Below are positions 44,989 to 55,536 of a stretch of DNA of 64,000 nt, in pieces (the stretch's first letter is position 1; every line of letters starts with the position of its first letter). Source of the stretch: Mayamaea pseudoterrestris (taxonomy: Eukaryota); contig BROI01000004.1 in NCBI GenBank assembly GCA_027923505.1, positions 868,001 to 932,000 of the forward strand, read 5' to 3'. The position numbers and the translations under genes are program-made. Below the pieces are notes generated by a model, which was not told the DNA's origin, ran no database searches, and saw only the letters and a program-made list of their open reading frames with translations.

Positions 44989-47900
44989 ATGAGCGGTTCC
45001 GCCTCGTTGAACACGGACTTGGAGGCTGGTTTGGTAGCTAGCGCTACCTTTCGCGTCCGCTGCGAGCGATTGGGGCATGGTGAAAATGTTTATCTAGTGC
45101 CAGATGAGCCGCAGGGAATGGAAAAGGTGAGTTTTGACATGTTCCATGTTTGATTGTGTCTTGATTGGTATGATAGTGGCTCTTTCCTGCAAGTGCGGAT
45201 GCACGCGTTTGCACGGCTATGGGAAATTGAACTTATATTATTAAGACGCTTATGTTTCGATTAGATTGAATGAAACGGTGGTTCATGATCTTTTAGTTCG
45301 TCGCATTTCTCGAAGCATTCTGTCACGGAGGAAGTGTAGTCGCCTGCAAATTTTTTTAATTGATATCTTTTTTATTTAAAAACACAGAAGGTCCCTTTGT
45401 ATACGACGGCCGCGCAGTTTCCTTGGTACAAGACCGTCAGCCCCTTGACATTGACGCTTCCAGCTCGCAACATTCACGGCTCGCCACGCAAGGAGATTAA
45501 ATTTATCTATCGCTACGCCATTTTTAGAGCTGGAGTCTTTTATCGATGGGAGAATGCTATGGATGCTCCTACTACGACTACAAATGCAGATGGCATGCCC
45601 ATGGAAACGAGCGCTCCGCCACCGCCACCTCCCTCGTCGGCAGGCTTGATGCAGGTTGATATAACGAGTTCGCATGATGATACTCCGAAACCAACACTTG
45701 GAACACACTCGCTCCACTTGCATCTGTTGACGAATCGGGAAGCTTACGTAGTTTCCAACGTTCTCGGTTTGATAAAGACTGCCGGGAGCGATGTTGAGCA
45801 TGTTCCAGCTCCAACACGACCTGTGTACACACGCGCCGATGCCTTGCACTCGCGCTCCGCTAGTGCATTGGATAATGCCTCTGATCTAATTGGTGCGTCG
45901 CCGAAACCAACCGGCCCAGCTGGTACTGCGATGAGTACGCCAAGCACGCCGAGCGCCAGCCGCAAAAAGTCGGTGGGCTTTGCTCCGTGGCCACCGCATC
46001 ATAACACGGCAGCGACACCTACCAAGCAAGCAGTACATTTGAACTCGACGGACGGCTTGGTCGTAGTCAGCATTTTTCTGCCTGTCCTGTTACATCGGAC
46101 GACGGAGCCGTCAACTGCGGGTTCTTCAATGCCTTGTCAAGTAGTTTGGGTTGCCGAGTGGGACTATGAAATGCTTTTGAGCATGCAGACGCATTTGCGC
46201 GTGACAAGGGTCGGAGTGGTGCGCATTCCAGCGGGCATGACGAGCATTCCTCGCAAGGAGCGACCATTGGTCGAAGAGTGCTTGCGTGCGTTCCACTGCG
46301 TGCCAGTTTGGATCGAAAACAACTTGTTTTCGGAAATGTATGGAGGTTTCTGCAAGGGTGTACTATGGCCGGTGCTGCACAATGTGACTTCTGTGTACAC
46401 GCAAAAGTCGGACGATGATGACGACGTACTCATGGGTGAAGCTTTGAATCAGCCGCAGCATCAGCATCGTGGCGAGTACGATTCACAGTTTTCCGAATAT
46501 AGCCGGGACGACATTGAACAAGGGCCGCTGCATGGTGGACGAGGGCACGAAGCGCGACTATGGGGTGCTTACAATACGGTCAATCGCTTGTTTGCTGAGC
46601 GAGTAGTTCAATGCTTTAACGAAGGCGATTTGGTTTGGATTCACGGTTTTCATTTGCTCATCTTACCTTCGTACTTGACGCGCCGCATTCCCATGGCCAA
46701 GATTGGCATTTTTCTTCACACGCCTTTTCCAAGTTCAGAGATTTTTCGAACGGTTTGGTGCCGCGAAGATTTGCTGCGCGGCATGCTCAATGCCGACCAG
46801 GTTGGATTTCACTTGTTTGAATATGCTAGACATTTCTTAACGTCTTGCCGCCGACTGCTTGGGCTCAATTACGGCATGATTCCAGACTCGTCGGGCGGAC
46901 ATACATTGGCAGTTGACACGAATGGACGACATGTGGTCATTACATCCATTCACGCTGGTGTTGAACCGCCCATTCTTAACCAGATTCTTGCTCATCCGAG
47001 TACTATAGAAAAGTCGAAGACAATTCGCGATCGTTATGAAGGCAAGACAATCATTTGCGGCATTGATCGATTGGAGTCGCTGAAGGGCATTCCACTCAAG
47101 CTTTTGGGATTGGAGCGGTTTTTGCAGCGGCGGCCCGAATGGGTGGGGCGAATTGTGCTCATTCAAGTTGGTATCTCTGCCCCAGAGCGCGGTGAGGACT
47201 ACCATAATGCGAAGGCGGAAATCAGTAAGCTTGTTCAAAAGATAAACGGTATCTGGCCAGGCACTGTTCAGTTTCAAGAATGCCAAGAAGCTGAGATGCG
47301 CTTGCCACAGCGAGTGGCGCTGCTACGAGCATCGGACGTTATTGTCATGACAACGATTAGAGACGGACTGAACTTGTTTCCACTAGAATTCACGATTGCG
47401 CATCATGATGCACTGAAGGAGTATACGCCACCTGGAGTCACGCCGCGGAAGCGAGGCATGTGTATCCTTTCCGAATTTTCGAGCTGCACGCGAGTGATGA
47501 GAGGAGCTCTGCATATTAATCCTTGGAAGATATCGGAGATTGCCAATGCCTTTCACCAAGCGCTGAACATGTCCGAGGAGGAACGTTTGCGCCGGATCAG
47601 CATTGCATCGGAGTTTGTGACTAGGGTGACGACGCAGCGTTGGGCCTTAGCCGTAATGCTTGATTTAAAGGGCGTAAACAAGAATCTCAATCCGGCGCAT
47701 TACTCCGGCGCAGGTCTCGGACTTGGATATCGCCTGCTGGGCATGGACATGGGTTTTCTTTCGCTCGATACAAACGTAGTCGTCAAGGCGTACAAGAATG
47801 CTCGCGCCAGGCTAATTCTGATGGATTATGGCGGTACTATCGTCAACAACGATAATGTAAGTGCATCGGGTCGACTTTGCCCCTATACAATATACCTATT

Positions 47901-49088
47901 TCCACATCCCCTTACGAATAACATGTTGTTTTACAGCTGGACAATCTTACGAGATTTCAAATGGTAAAGGAAAGGAGCGCGCCGTCGGAACCTACTAATC
48001 ACATGCTTCAAGTCATCAAGGAATTATGCGAAGACAAGCGCAATACAGTGTTCATCGTGAGCGGCAAGGAGCGACACTCGTTGACTAAGTCACTTGGAGG
48101 CATTCCTAACCTTGGCCTCGCAGCGGAGCATGGTATGTTTATCTCCTGGCCGACGAGTAAGGCGAATGTCAAGCGTCGGTGGGAGACGCTCGTACCTGAA
48201 ACGGATCGCACTTGGCGTTCTCTTGCCATGTCGATTATGGAAGTGTACGCTTCACGAACCCATGGAAGCTATATTGAAGAGACTGAAATGAAGGTATTGT
48301 GGCAATATCGCGACGCCGATACCGAGTTTGGATCTCTGCAAGCGAAGGAATTGGAGGATCACTTGTCGAAATATTTGCGAAGTTTTCCGGTCGACATTCT
48401 TCATGGTGGCGTCAAGGAGGGCGGTTACGTCGAGGTTCGCCCGAAGGGAGTCAACAAGGGTGTTTTAGCAATGCGTGTCCTCAAGCGATTTCCTGATATT
48501 GCTCAGAAGGATAGAGTCGACTTTGCGTTAATATTAGGTGACGACCACTGCGATGAACCCATGCTTTCCGTCATGCGACAGGTAGGTCGTCGAGTGTCCT
48601 CGGCTCGTCGAGCTATGCGGGGAGAGGAGCCTCTACCAGATTTATCAGCTAATATTCAGCTGGTAGACGTTTCTCCATGCGACCCGTACGTGTCACCCGA
48701 TATGTCTGTATTTACAGCTACTGTGGGAAAGAAGCCAAGCGCTGCAGCCAATTACTTGCACGATGTGGACGAAGTACAGGAGCTTTTGGAGAGTTTGGTA
48801 AAGGTGTCAACAAGAGACCAGCGATACTACTCTTCGGTGGATCTTCGCTCATATACAAGCACGCAGCTATCATTTGGTAATCTGTCGCTCTCGCATGATC
48901 AGAATGCTAGTCCAGCGGGATTGGGCGTAGAGTTTAGCGGTCTGGCGAAGTCTATTAGCATGGGTCAGCATATGCATGCCGCCACGGGCGCGGAAACCTT
49001 TCGAGGTAGACGGGTGAGTGCGAATCTGAATGACTTTCTTTCACCGATTGAAGACGCTGAAGAAGAGGAAGACGCTGTTTTCTTTTAG
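44989..49088 (+). CDS. TPS: Trehalose-6-phosphate synthase/phosphatase fusion with an N-terminal CBM20-like domain; exons 44989-45126, 45388-47856, 47937-49088 (~1252 aa)
   Basis: GT20 motifs YGGFCKGVLWP, FLHTPFPSSEIFR, GIDRLESLKGI and RDGLNL. HAD motifs DYGGT, IVSGK, LAAEHG, EVRPKGVNKG and GDDHCDE. CBM20-like TFRVRCE.LGHGENVYL...LYTT...FPWY...Y.YAI. Confidence 0.92.
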
Positions 49089-49377
49089 CAAACGGGAGAT
49101 GTATCAAGGTGCTCGGCGATAATTTATGATAATGCGTGCAAGCCGATACGATAGATTGTTTTTACATATACAGCTATGCATGCCTGGCACAGGTGGACGT
49201 TTATCTACTAGTTAGTTTAAATCCGACACAGCATGAAATAAGCTTTATGTTTTTTTATTGAAAATATGCATGAGTGGTCACTTGTGTATGTGTATTTCTC
49301 CTGGGGTTGTCTGTGTTGAAAGACTGAAACAAAGCGTATGATTTGCTTTCTTGCACTTTCTTGTTCGCCATTGCGTC

Positions 49378-51042
49378 TCAAGGTGACTGCATGCGACGTT
49401 TCTTGCTGCTTCCTGCCGTTTGGTTGCCAAGCGCCGTATCGACGAGTTTTTCGTCGTGGACTCCATAGGTCGTCATCTCGGGATGAGTCGCTGCAAACGC
49501 ACTTCTTGTCGAACCCGGCGTCACGCTAGGAATCAAGTCGTAGTATCCGCTGGAAGCTGGAGTGTCACATGGCGTGGATCCATCCTCAGTCGGGACACGC
49601 GGAGTTCGAAGACCACCTAATTTTGAAGCCCCGCCATGGCCGCGCAAATAAGAATCAAAGTCCGAAAGTGGCAAAGGACTAACCATGTCACGGCGAGCGG
49701 CAGATGCGCTCTTGCTAAGCCCACTGTTCTTCTTGCGGCCAATCTTGACAGTCACAGTTGCTCCCACAACGTCGCCGTCCACACCGCCGTGAACATTATC
49801 ATAGTCATCATCTTGCTTGACAATGGCGAGTTCAATCGAACGTCGATTGTGCAAACCCATGCCTGCAAGATGCACACTGACCCAGCCATTCGACCACTTT
49901 TCGACAATGCCTTGTTGATGCTTCATGGGGCCTGCCAGGATGGACACGAGCTTGCCGCGCCACTGATCAGAGGGAATCATGCTGAGCAAAAAGTACGGCG
50001 ACTCGGCGTGCGTTTCAGCCAACTTGCTGGCCCGACGGCCGCGTGGCGTTTTGGTGAGCAGCTCCGCACTGGTCAATGGCGATGGAACGAGCTTGGACGA
50101 CGCCAACGTGGCAGCCTTGTCCGTGTTGGAATGTTGCAGCTGCGACAAAGGCCACTGTTGTTGCTTTTCCTTGGAGTTGGCTGCCTTGCTGCGTCGGGCA
50201 AACGACGTTTCGCCGCTCACTCGCTGTACGCCAACACCATGACTCACAGCAGTCGTTGAAGAGTGCAAGTTGCAGAAACTTGTCCCTTCGACTGCCACAT
50301 AGGCGCAGGAGCGTCCGCGCGTCGTGGTAGCCTTGCAGCAAACTTGGTGCAAAAGGCCCGTGAATCGCTTGTCCTGGCGATGCATATTGGCGGCGCTTGA
50401 CGTGTTTGTTTCCTCTGCTGGTTCCGCCAATCGCGGCGCACCCCCGACTTGAGTCTGATGCATCTTGCAGTAAACTTGACCCTTGGGACAGTACCGACGG
50501 CAGGGTGCATTGTTGCGAGCCATGCTGCCCCGACACACCCCCGTGGTTTCCTCCGAGCATCCAGCGACCGACTCGCTACTACTGCCCAAGGTTGACAGGT
50601 CGGATGGCGATTCCTCATCTGCTGCTGCGGCAGCATCAATGGTAAGATCAATGTCTGTATTTTTGAGCGTTGGAGGAACATGCGCAAACGACCGCGCGTG
50701 GAGCGATAACAGTGACAGCTTGGCATCATGTTCCTGCTCAATCCGAGGCAAGAGCGGCAGTAACGTCTGCGGAACTCGCGCGTAGTAGCGATAATGATCA
50801 TCCAAGCGCGACGGTACTGTCGAAGCAGTAGTGGTAGCTGGAGAACCGGATGACGCAGCCTGAATGAGGGCGAGAGCGGCCAAGGTTTCGTCGGCGCTTG
50901 GAATTGACTCATTTTTGTGCCATGCGGGTGAAACTCCTGCTGCTGCGAGTGAGGAGTGCGAGGTGATTCGCTTCTTCAATGGCAGCGATCCTCGACGATG
51001 GTGCAGCTGACGCTCGGGAAGGACAATAGCTCGGATATCCAT
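49378..51042 (-). CDS. Hypothetical nuclear regulator with two CCCH-type zinc-binding repeats and a KOW/SH3-like module (554 aa)
   Basis: CRGSMARNNAPCRRYCPKGQVYCKMH and CKATTTRGRSCAYVAVEGTSFCNLH. WRGKLVSILAGPMKHQQGIVEKWSNGWVSV is KOW-like. Basic motifs LPLKKR and KKRR. Confidence 0.7.
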   Translation of the reverse strand: MDIRAIVLPERQLHHRRGSLPLKKRITSHSSLAAAGVSPAWHKNESIPSADETLAALALIQAASSGSPATTTASTVPSRLDDHYRYYARVPQTLLPLLPRIEQEHDAKLSLLSLHARSFAHVPPTLKNTDIDLTIDAAAAADEESPSDLSTLGSSSESVAGCSEETTGVCRGSMARNNAPCRRYCPKGQVYCKMHQTQVGGAPRLAEPAEETNTSSAANMHRQDKRFTGLLHQVCCKATTTRGRSCAYVAVEGTSFCNLHSSTTAVSHGVGVQRVSGETSFARRSKAANSKEKQQQWPLSQLQHSNTDKAATLASSKLVPSPLTSAELLTKTPRGRRASKLAETHAESPYFLLSMIPSDQWRGKLVSILAGPMKHQQGIVEKWSNGWVSVHLAGMGLHNRRSIELAIVKQDDDYDNVHGGVDGDVVGATVTVKIGRKKNSGLSKSASAARRDMVSPLPLSDFDSYLRGHGGASKLGGLRTPRVPTEDGSTPCDTPASSGYYDLIPSVTPGSTRSAFAATHPEMTTYGVHDEKLVDTALGNQTAGSSKKRRMQSP

Positions 51043-51948
51043 GTTGTTGGTAGAATGGTTGCTTGGAGTAGGCGGGCAAAATGAGAATGGCAAGGAATGG
51101 AGCTGAATCTCGTCGTTGAATATTGACTGTCAATATGCAATCCAAGCAAGCTGTAGCAGCAACAAAATGAGGCAGCTGCGACAAGACTAATGGAGCGTTC
51201 AATGCGTTGACAGACAGTGGTGCAGTCTTACGCCGTCGTCGGTTGAGCTCCTTCACTGCAAAAGCTGGGAGCTTGATGCGCGTGTATGTGGAAGTGAGCG
51301 TGCGTTTTAGTCTCCGCAAAGATTCGAATGATGTAATGGACGAAGGAGGAAACGGATGCTTTGAGTAATGTAGAGCGAGATAATCTTTCTGTAGGATAGC
51401 AAGACGAAGTGAGCCAAGACAATAATTTGAGGTGGCAGGCAACCCTGGATACGGTGCAGCGGTCAATGAGCCTCCCGTTCGCTCTCAAGGCTTTCCAATT
51501 CCATTTGTTCCGTCAAAACCAAGCAAGGTGCGCCGTACATTTTTACAATGCGTTCTCTCTCATGCCGTTCATGCAAGTCTAAGTCGTCAAGCACTTACCA
51601 CTGACTGATTGGAGAGGACAAAGGACAATGCATACGTAACCTTTCAACTGCTGCATAACTGCGTGCAGTCAAAATCAACCAAGCAGCAGCGAGCAGTGAT
51701 GGGAAAAGGATCAAGCATCTCCGGTCACGCATCACGTGTCTGCACGCGGCGGAAAGTGGAATCGCTCCCATTGGCTGCTTGGAAACGAGCGATCCATGAC
51801 GTCGATGCTGCATCCACCGGATACGTTCTTGTCGTAGCGTTACACATGACGTCATTTTTTGTCGTAGCGCAACTCCTTCAGCACTCGCCTCGCCACCATG
51901 GCGTTCATCCTCAAAACGAGTCATTCATTTCGCTCCATCATTTCCACC

Positions 51949-53142
51949 ATGTCCGACTCTAGCGGCTCTGAATCACTTCCACTTCCCAATGGATGGAGCA
52001 AGGGATTTTCCAAGTCGCAGAATCGTCCATTCTACTTTCATGAAGCGACAAAGACGACGCAGTGGCACTTTCCGACGGCTTCCGAAGCGCTCGATCCTAG
52101 TAAAGCCAAGCAGCGCGTCCAAGCGAACATTGAACGAGAGGAAAGCAAGAGAAAACAGCAAGGAAACAATAATAGTCATGATGGAAAGCGACTGCGCGTT
52201 GAAACTAGCGGTGACTCTTCGTTGTTTGATCTCGCCGATAAAACCAACGTTGCAATCATTGTCCCTTTTCGAGACTTGCATACAGAGCAAAAGCGGTCGG
52301 CACACTTGAAACAATTCGTTCCACACATGCATTCATTCTTGGCAAAACTTAAAGCATCTGGCAAAGTCTCCAACTATCACATTTACATCATTGAACAATC
52401 CGACGATCAACGCAAATTCAATCGAGGCAAGCTCCTCAACATTGGTTTTGATTTGGCGCGCAAGGCGCAGCGCAAGCACGACGTTTTCATTTTTCACGAC
52501 GTTGACTTGTTGCCGCAAAATGACTTGCTCGTTTGGTACAGCAAGTTTCCAGTCAAGCCGCTACACATTGCTCGCGTCTGGGATCGCTACTCGAACAATC
52601 CAAAATACTTTGGAGGCGTCGTTAGCTTTTCGGCGAGTGACTACAAGCGAATCAACGGATATCCCAATACTGTGAGTATACGAGTGATGGCTTGTCGTTT
52701 TGTGACTACAGGCAGCAGTAATCAATCATGTCACGTCGAAATTTAAGGTACTCACAGCAATTGCAATCTACCACGTTTGACATGACCACAGTTTTGGGGC
52801 TGGGGCGGCGAGGACGATGAAATGCAGCGACGACTCGAGCGGCTGGGCATTCAGTTTGACATGCCTGACAAGGGCACGCTTGTCGACTTGGAGCAAATGG
52901 ATTTGACGCAAAAGCTGGCCTTTTTGCGCGAGCACAAGTCGTGGAAGTGCATGGTCAAGTGGGAGGCGGCCGATGAGCACGCCGCAACGTGGAAGACGAA
53001 TGGTTTAGCGGATCTTCAGTATCAGCTACTGGAAACAAGGCCGTTGAATGAGCAAAAAACTGCCACCATGTATATGGTTGATGTGCAACTCAATGGCACT
53101 CATTGGGCGAACGACAAGGCTGGAGTTGACTGGGTGGGGTAG
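51949..53142 (+). CDS. WW domain - glycosyltransferase family 7 (beta-1,4-galactosyltransferase-like) fusion; exons 51949-52671 and 52792-53142 (357 aa)
   Basis: WW: LPNGWSKGFSKSQNRPFYFHEATKTTQWHFP. GT7: VAIIVPFRD, FNRGKLLNIGF, FHDVDLLP, YFGGV, INGYPNTFWGWGGEDDE, NGLADLQY. GTGAGT...CAG intron at 52672-52791. Confidence 0.92.
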
Positions 53143-53313
53143 GCGGGCGCCGAATGGATCACTGAAACACTACTAATAGATGCGAGGGCTGTTTTGTCGC
53201 CAAAGGCGTTTGATGCACAAAGCCACATTTTTTGTACTGAATCAATAGTATTGTAAAATAATGCTATGTGTTGAAATTACTGCTCGAAAACTAATATTGT
53301 ACTTGATCCGTGT

Positions 53314-53329
53314 GCCATTGAGAAATGGC
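53314..53329 (-). promoter_or_regulatory. Histone 3' UTR stem-loop of H2A.X (GCCATT-TCTC-AATGGC)
   Basis: 6-bp stem and 4-nt pyrimidine loop about 36 nt after the stop codon, flanked by AACC and ACAC. Same element as in H2B. Confidence 0.8.
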
Positions 53330-53365
53330 GGTTATTTATTATGTTTTGGTCGTCTCTTGATGAGC

Positions 53366-53938
53366 TTAGTAGTCCTGCGACTGACTCTTGCCACCCTTTG
53401 CTCCAGCAATGGCCTTTCCAGTGCTCTTAGGCAACAAGATTTGGTGAATACTAGGGAGCACTCCACCCGATGCAATGGTTACGCTGCCGAGGAGCTTGTT
53501 GAGCTCCTCGTCGTTCTTGATCGCCAATGTTAGGTGGCGGGGAACGATGCGTGACTTCTTGTTGTCGCGAGCGGCGTTGCCAGCAAGCTCCAGGATCTCG
53601 GCGCACAAGTACTCGAGGACAGCAGCGAGGTAGACGGGAGCGCCAGCACCCATGCGGGTGGCGTACTTGCCCTGGCGCAAGTAGCGGCCGATACGACCGA
53701 CGGGGAACTGCAATCCTGCCTTGCTTGACGAAGTCGTCGACTTCTTCTCTCCACGGCCTCCCTTGCCCTTTCCCTTGCCTCCGGTAGTTGCTGCTGTATC
53801 AAGAGGAAGACGTAAATGGTAAGATATTCTGTTCGGTGTCAAGCGCTCGCGTATTTTTGTCGACTTGTCGTTCGACTCAATCATTCACTTGGATAAACTC
53901 GTTCCTTCATTCAGACATCACTTACCCTTTCCGCTCAT
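53366..53938 (-). CDS. H2AX: Histone H2A.X; exons 53938-53926 and 53793-53366 (146 aa)
   Basis: [10 protein letters not shown]...[15 protein letters not shown]...NDEELNKLL...GGVLP core; C-terminal SQSQDY (SQ[D/E]-aromatic); GTAAGT...CAG intron after MSGK. Confidence 0.95.
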
Positions 53939-54328
53939 GTTGATAGTGGTTTCGTAGTTGGTGAGTGTGTAATCGTTTGCGTCTGCGATGCTTTTTGTGA
54001 GAGAATCCCATGTTGGAGAGGATGGACGAGGCCGAAACCTTCAGGACTACTTTAGCTTCTCGGGTTCGAAACGGACGAGCCAAAAGCCGACTTACTTAAG
54101 CCCAGCTCCCATGCGAGCGAGCCAGGATCTTGAAACGTTCGAAATCAATGACATTCTTTAGCCTTTTATCTGAAAGTAAGTGGGTTTTGTACCATGATCC
54201 ATTGGTAAGTTTTGCACGTAGAAATCTGTTCGTCGTGACATTTCGACCTTACCCACAAAAAGCAGCAGCATCCAAGCCTCTTCGCATCCTCTCATCCAAC
54301 TACCAAAACAAACCACCAACTCGCAACC

Positions 54329-54688
54329 ATGGCAAAGACACCATCCAAGCAATCCGCCAAGGCACCCAAGAAGGCTGGCGAGACCAAGAAGCGTAACAAG
54401 CGTACCGAATCGTACAGCTCCTACATCTACAAGGTCTTGAAGCAGGTCCACCCTGACACTGGTATCTCCAAGAAGGGCATGTCCATCATGAACTCGTTCA
54501 TTAATGACATTTTTGAGCGCATTGCCGGAGAGGCTGGCAAGCTTGCCACCTACAATAAGAAGGCGACGCTCAGCAGCCGCGAGATCCAGACGGCAGTCCG
54601 CCTCATGCTCCCCGGTGAGCTTGCCAAGCATGCTGTCAGTGAAGGTACCAAGGCAGTCACCAAGTTCTCGTCCAATACAAGCTCGTAA
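54329..54688 (+). CDS. H2B: Histone H2B (119 aa)
   Basis: [31 protein letters not shown]...[29 protein letters not shown]. Confidence 0.98.
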   Translation: MAKTPSKQSAKAPKKAGETKKRNKRTESYSSYIYKVLKQVHPDTGISKKGMSIMNSFINDIFERIAGEAGKLATYNKKATLSSREIQTAVRLMLPGELAKHAVSEGTKAVTKFSSNTSS

Positions 54689-54723
54689 ATACGCTTGATT
54701 CGCAACATTTACAGCAACAAACC

Positions 54724-54739
54724 GCCATTTTTCAATGGC
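54724..54739 (+). promoter_or_regulatory. Histone 3' UTR stem-loop of H2B (GCCATT-TTTC-AATGGC)
   Basis: 6-bp stem with a TTTC loop 35 nt after the stop codon, in the context AAACC...ACAC. Confidence 0.85.
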
Positions 54740-55536
54740 ACACTTGAAATAGAACGAACCACACTATTCGATACACTAAAATGAATTTAATTAGCAACAA
54801 TTGAAATACGTACAAGTTATATCTTTACAAGTATGCTATAAAGAGCGCAGTTGTCAAGGTTTCTGGCGACAAGACAGGCAATTATGATAGCACCATTGCC
54901 CCTGTCCAGCATTCCCATGGTGCGCATCGAGCAAGCGATCTGACCGGTTCTCGTTTCGTGTCTCACCAAGAATGACGAAATTCTTCGTCACAAATCGCGG
55001 TTCAAACGCTCCTTCGCAACTTATCGGTAAAGTACGAAAAACAACTTAGTTGATCTATCTCCCAGGTGCGCCTGTGATACAAGACGAGAGTCCAGCTCCA
55101 CGGTCTTTACGTACTGTTCATAGTTACATCGTAGTCGTACATTGCATTGCACAAGCGAATACCAGTTGTAGTCACACACGACGCAGTACGGTTCACAATC
55201 TACCGGATCGCCAAATACAACCCATTCTCACCATGATTGAGTCAAACTAAAGACTATTCGCACCCATTATTAGAAATTCCACAACAAAATGACGTATAAG
55301 GCAACAAAGCCAAGTCGACACTGGCTGTTTGCTTGTCACTGGAGAAGGTGTTTCGCAACGTGACCACCACTTGCCAAATCATATATTATTGGTAGTCTTG
55401 TAGTATTAGTCTCGAAACAAGTTTTCTTTAACATTTCTAATTTATATTCTCTATATATGCAATTTATAAACACAAAAATGGGGACTGGATGCTGCGCTGG
55501 CGGCATAACTGGGTGCAAGTCGAAGCAGCTGCAGCA

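Noticed and set aside
50909..51466. 185-aa ORF overlapping the start of the zinc-knuckle gene
   Set aside because: Non-ATG start, different frame and no motifs; probably 5' UTR.
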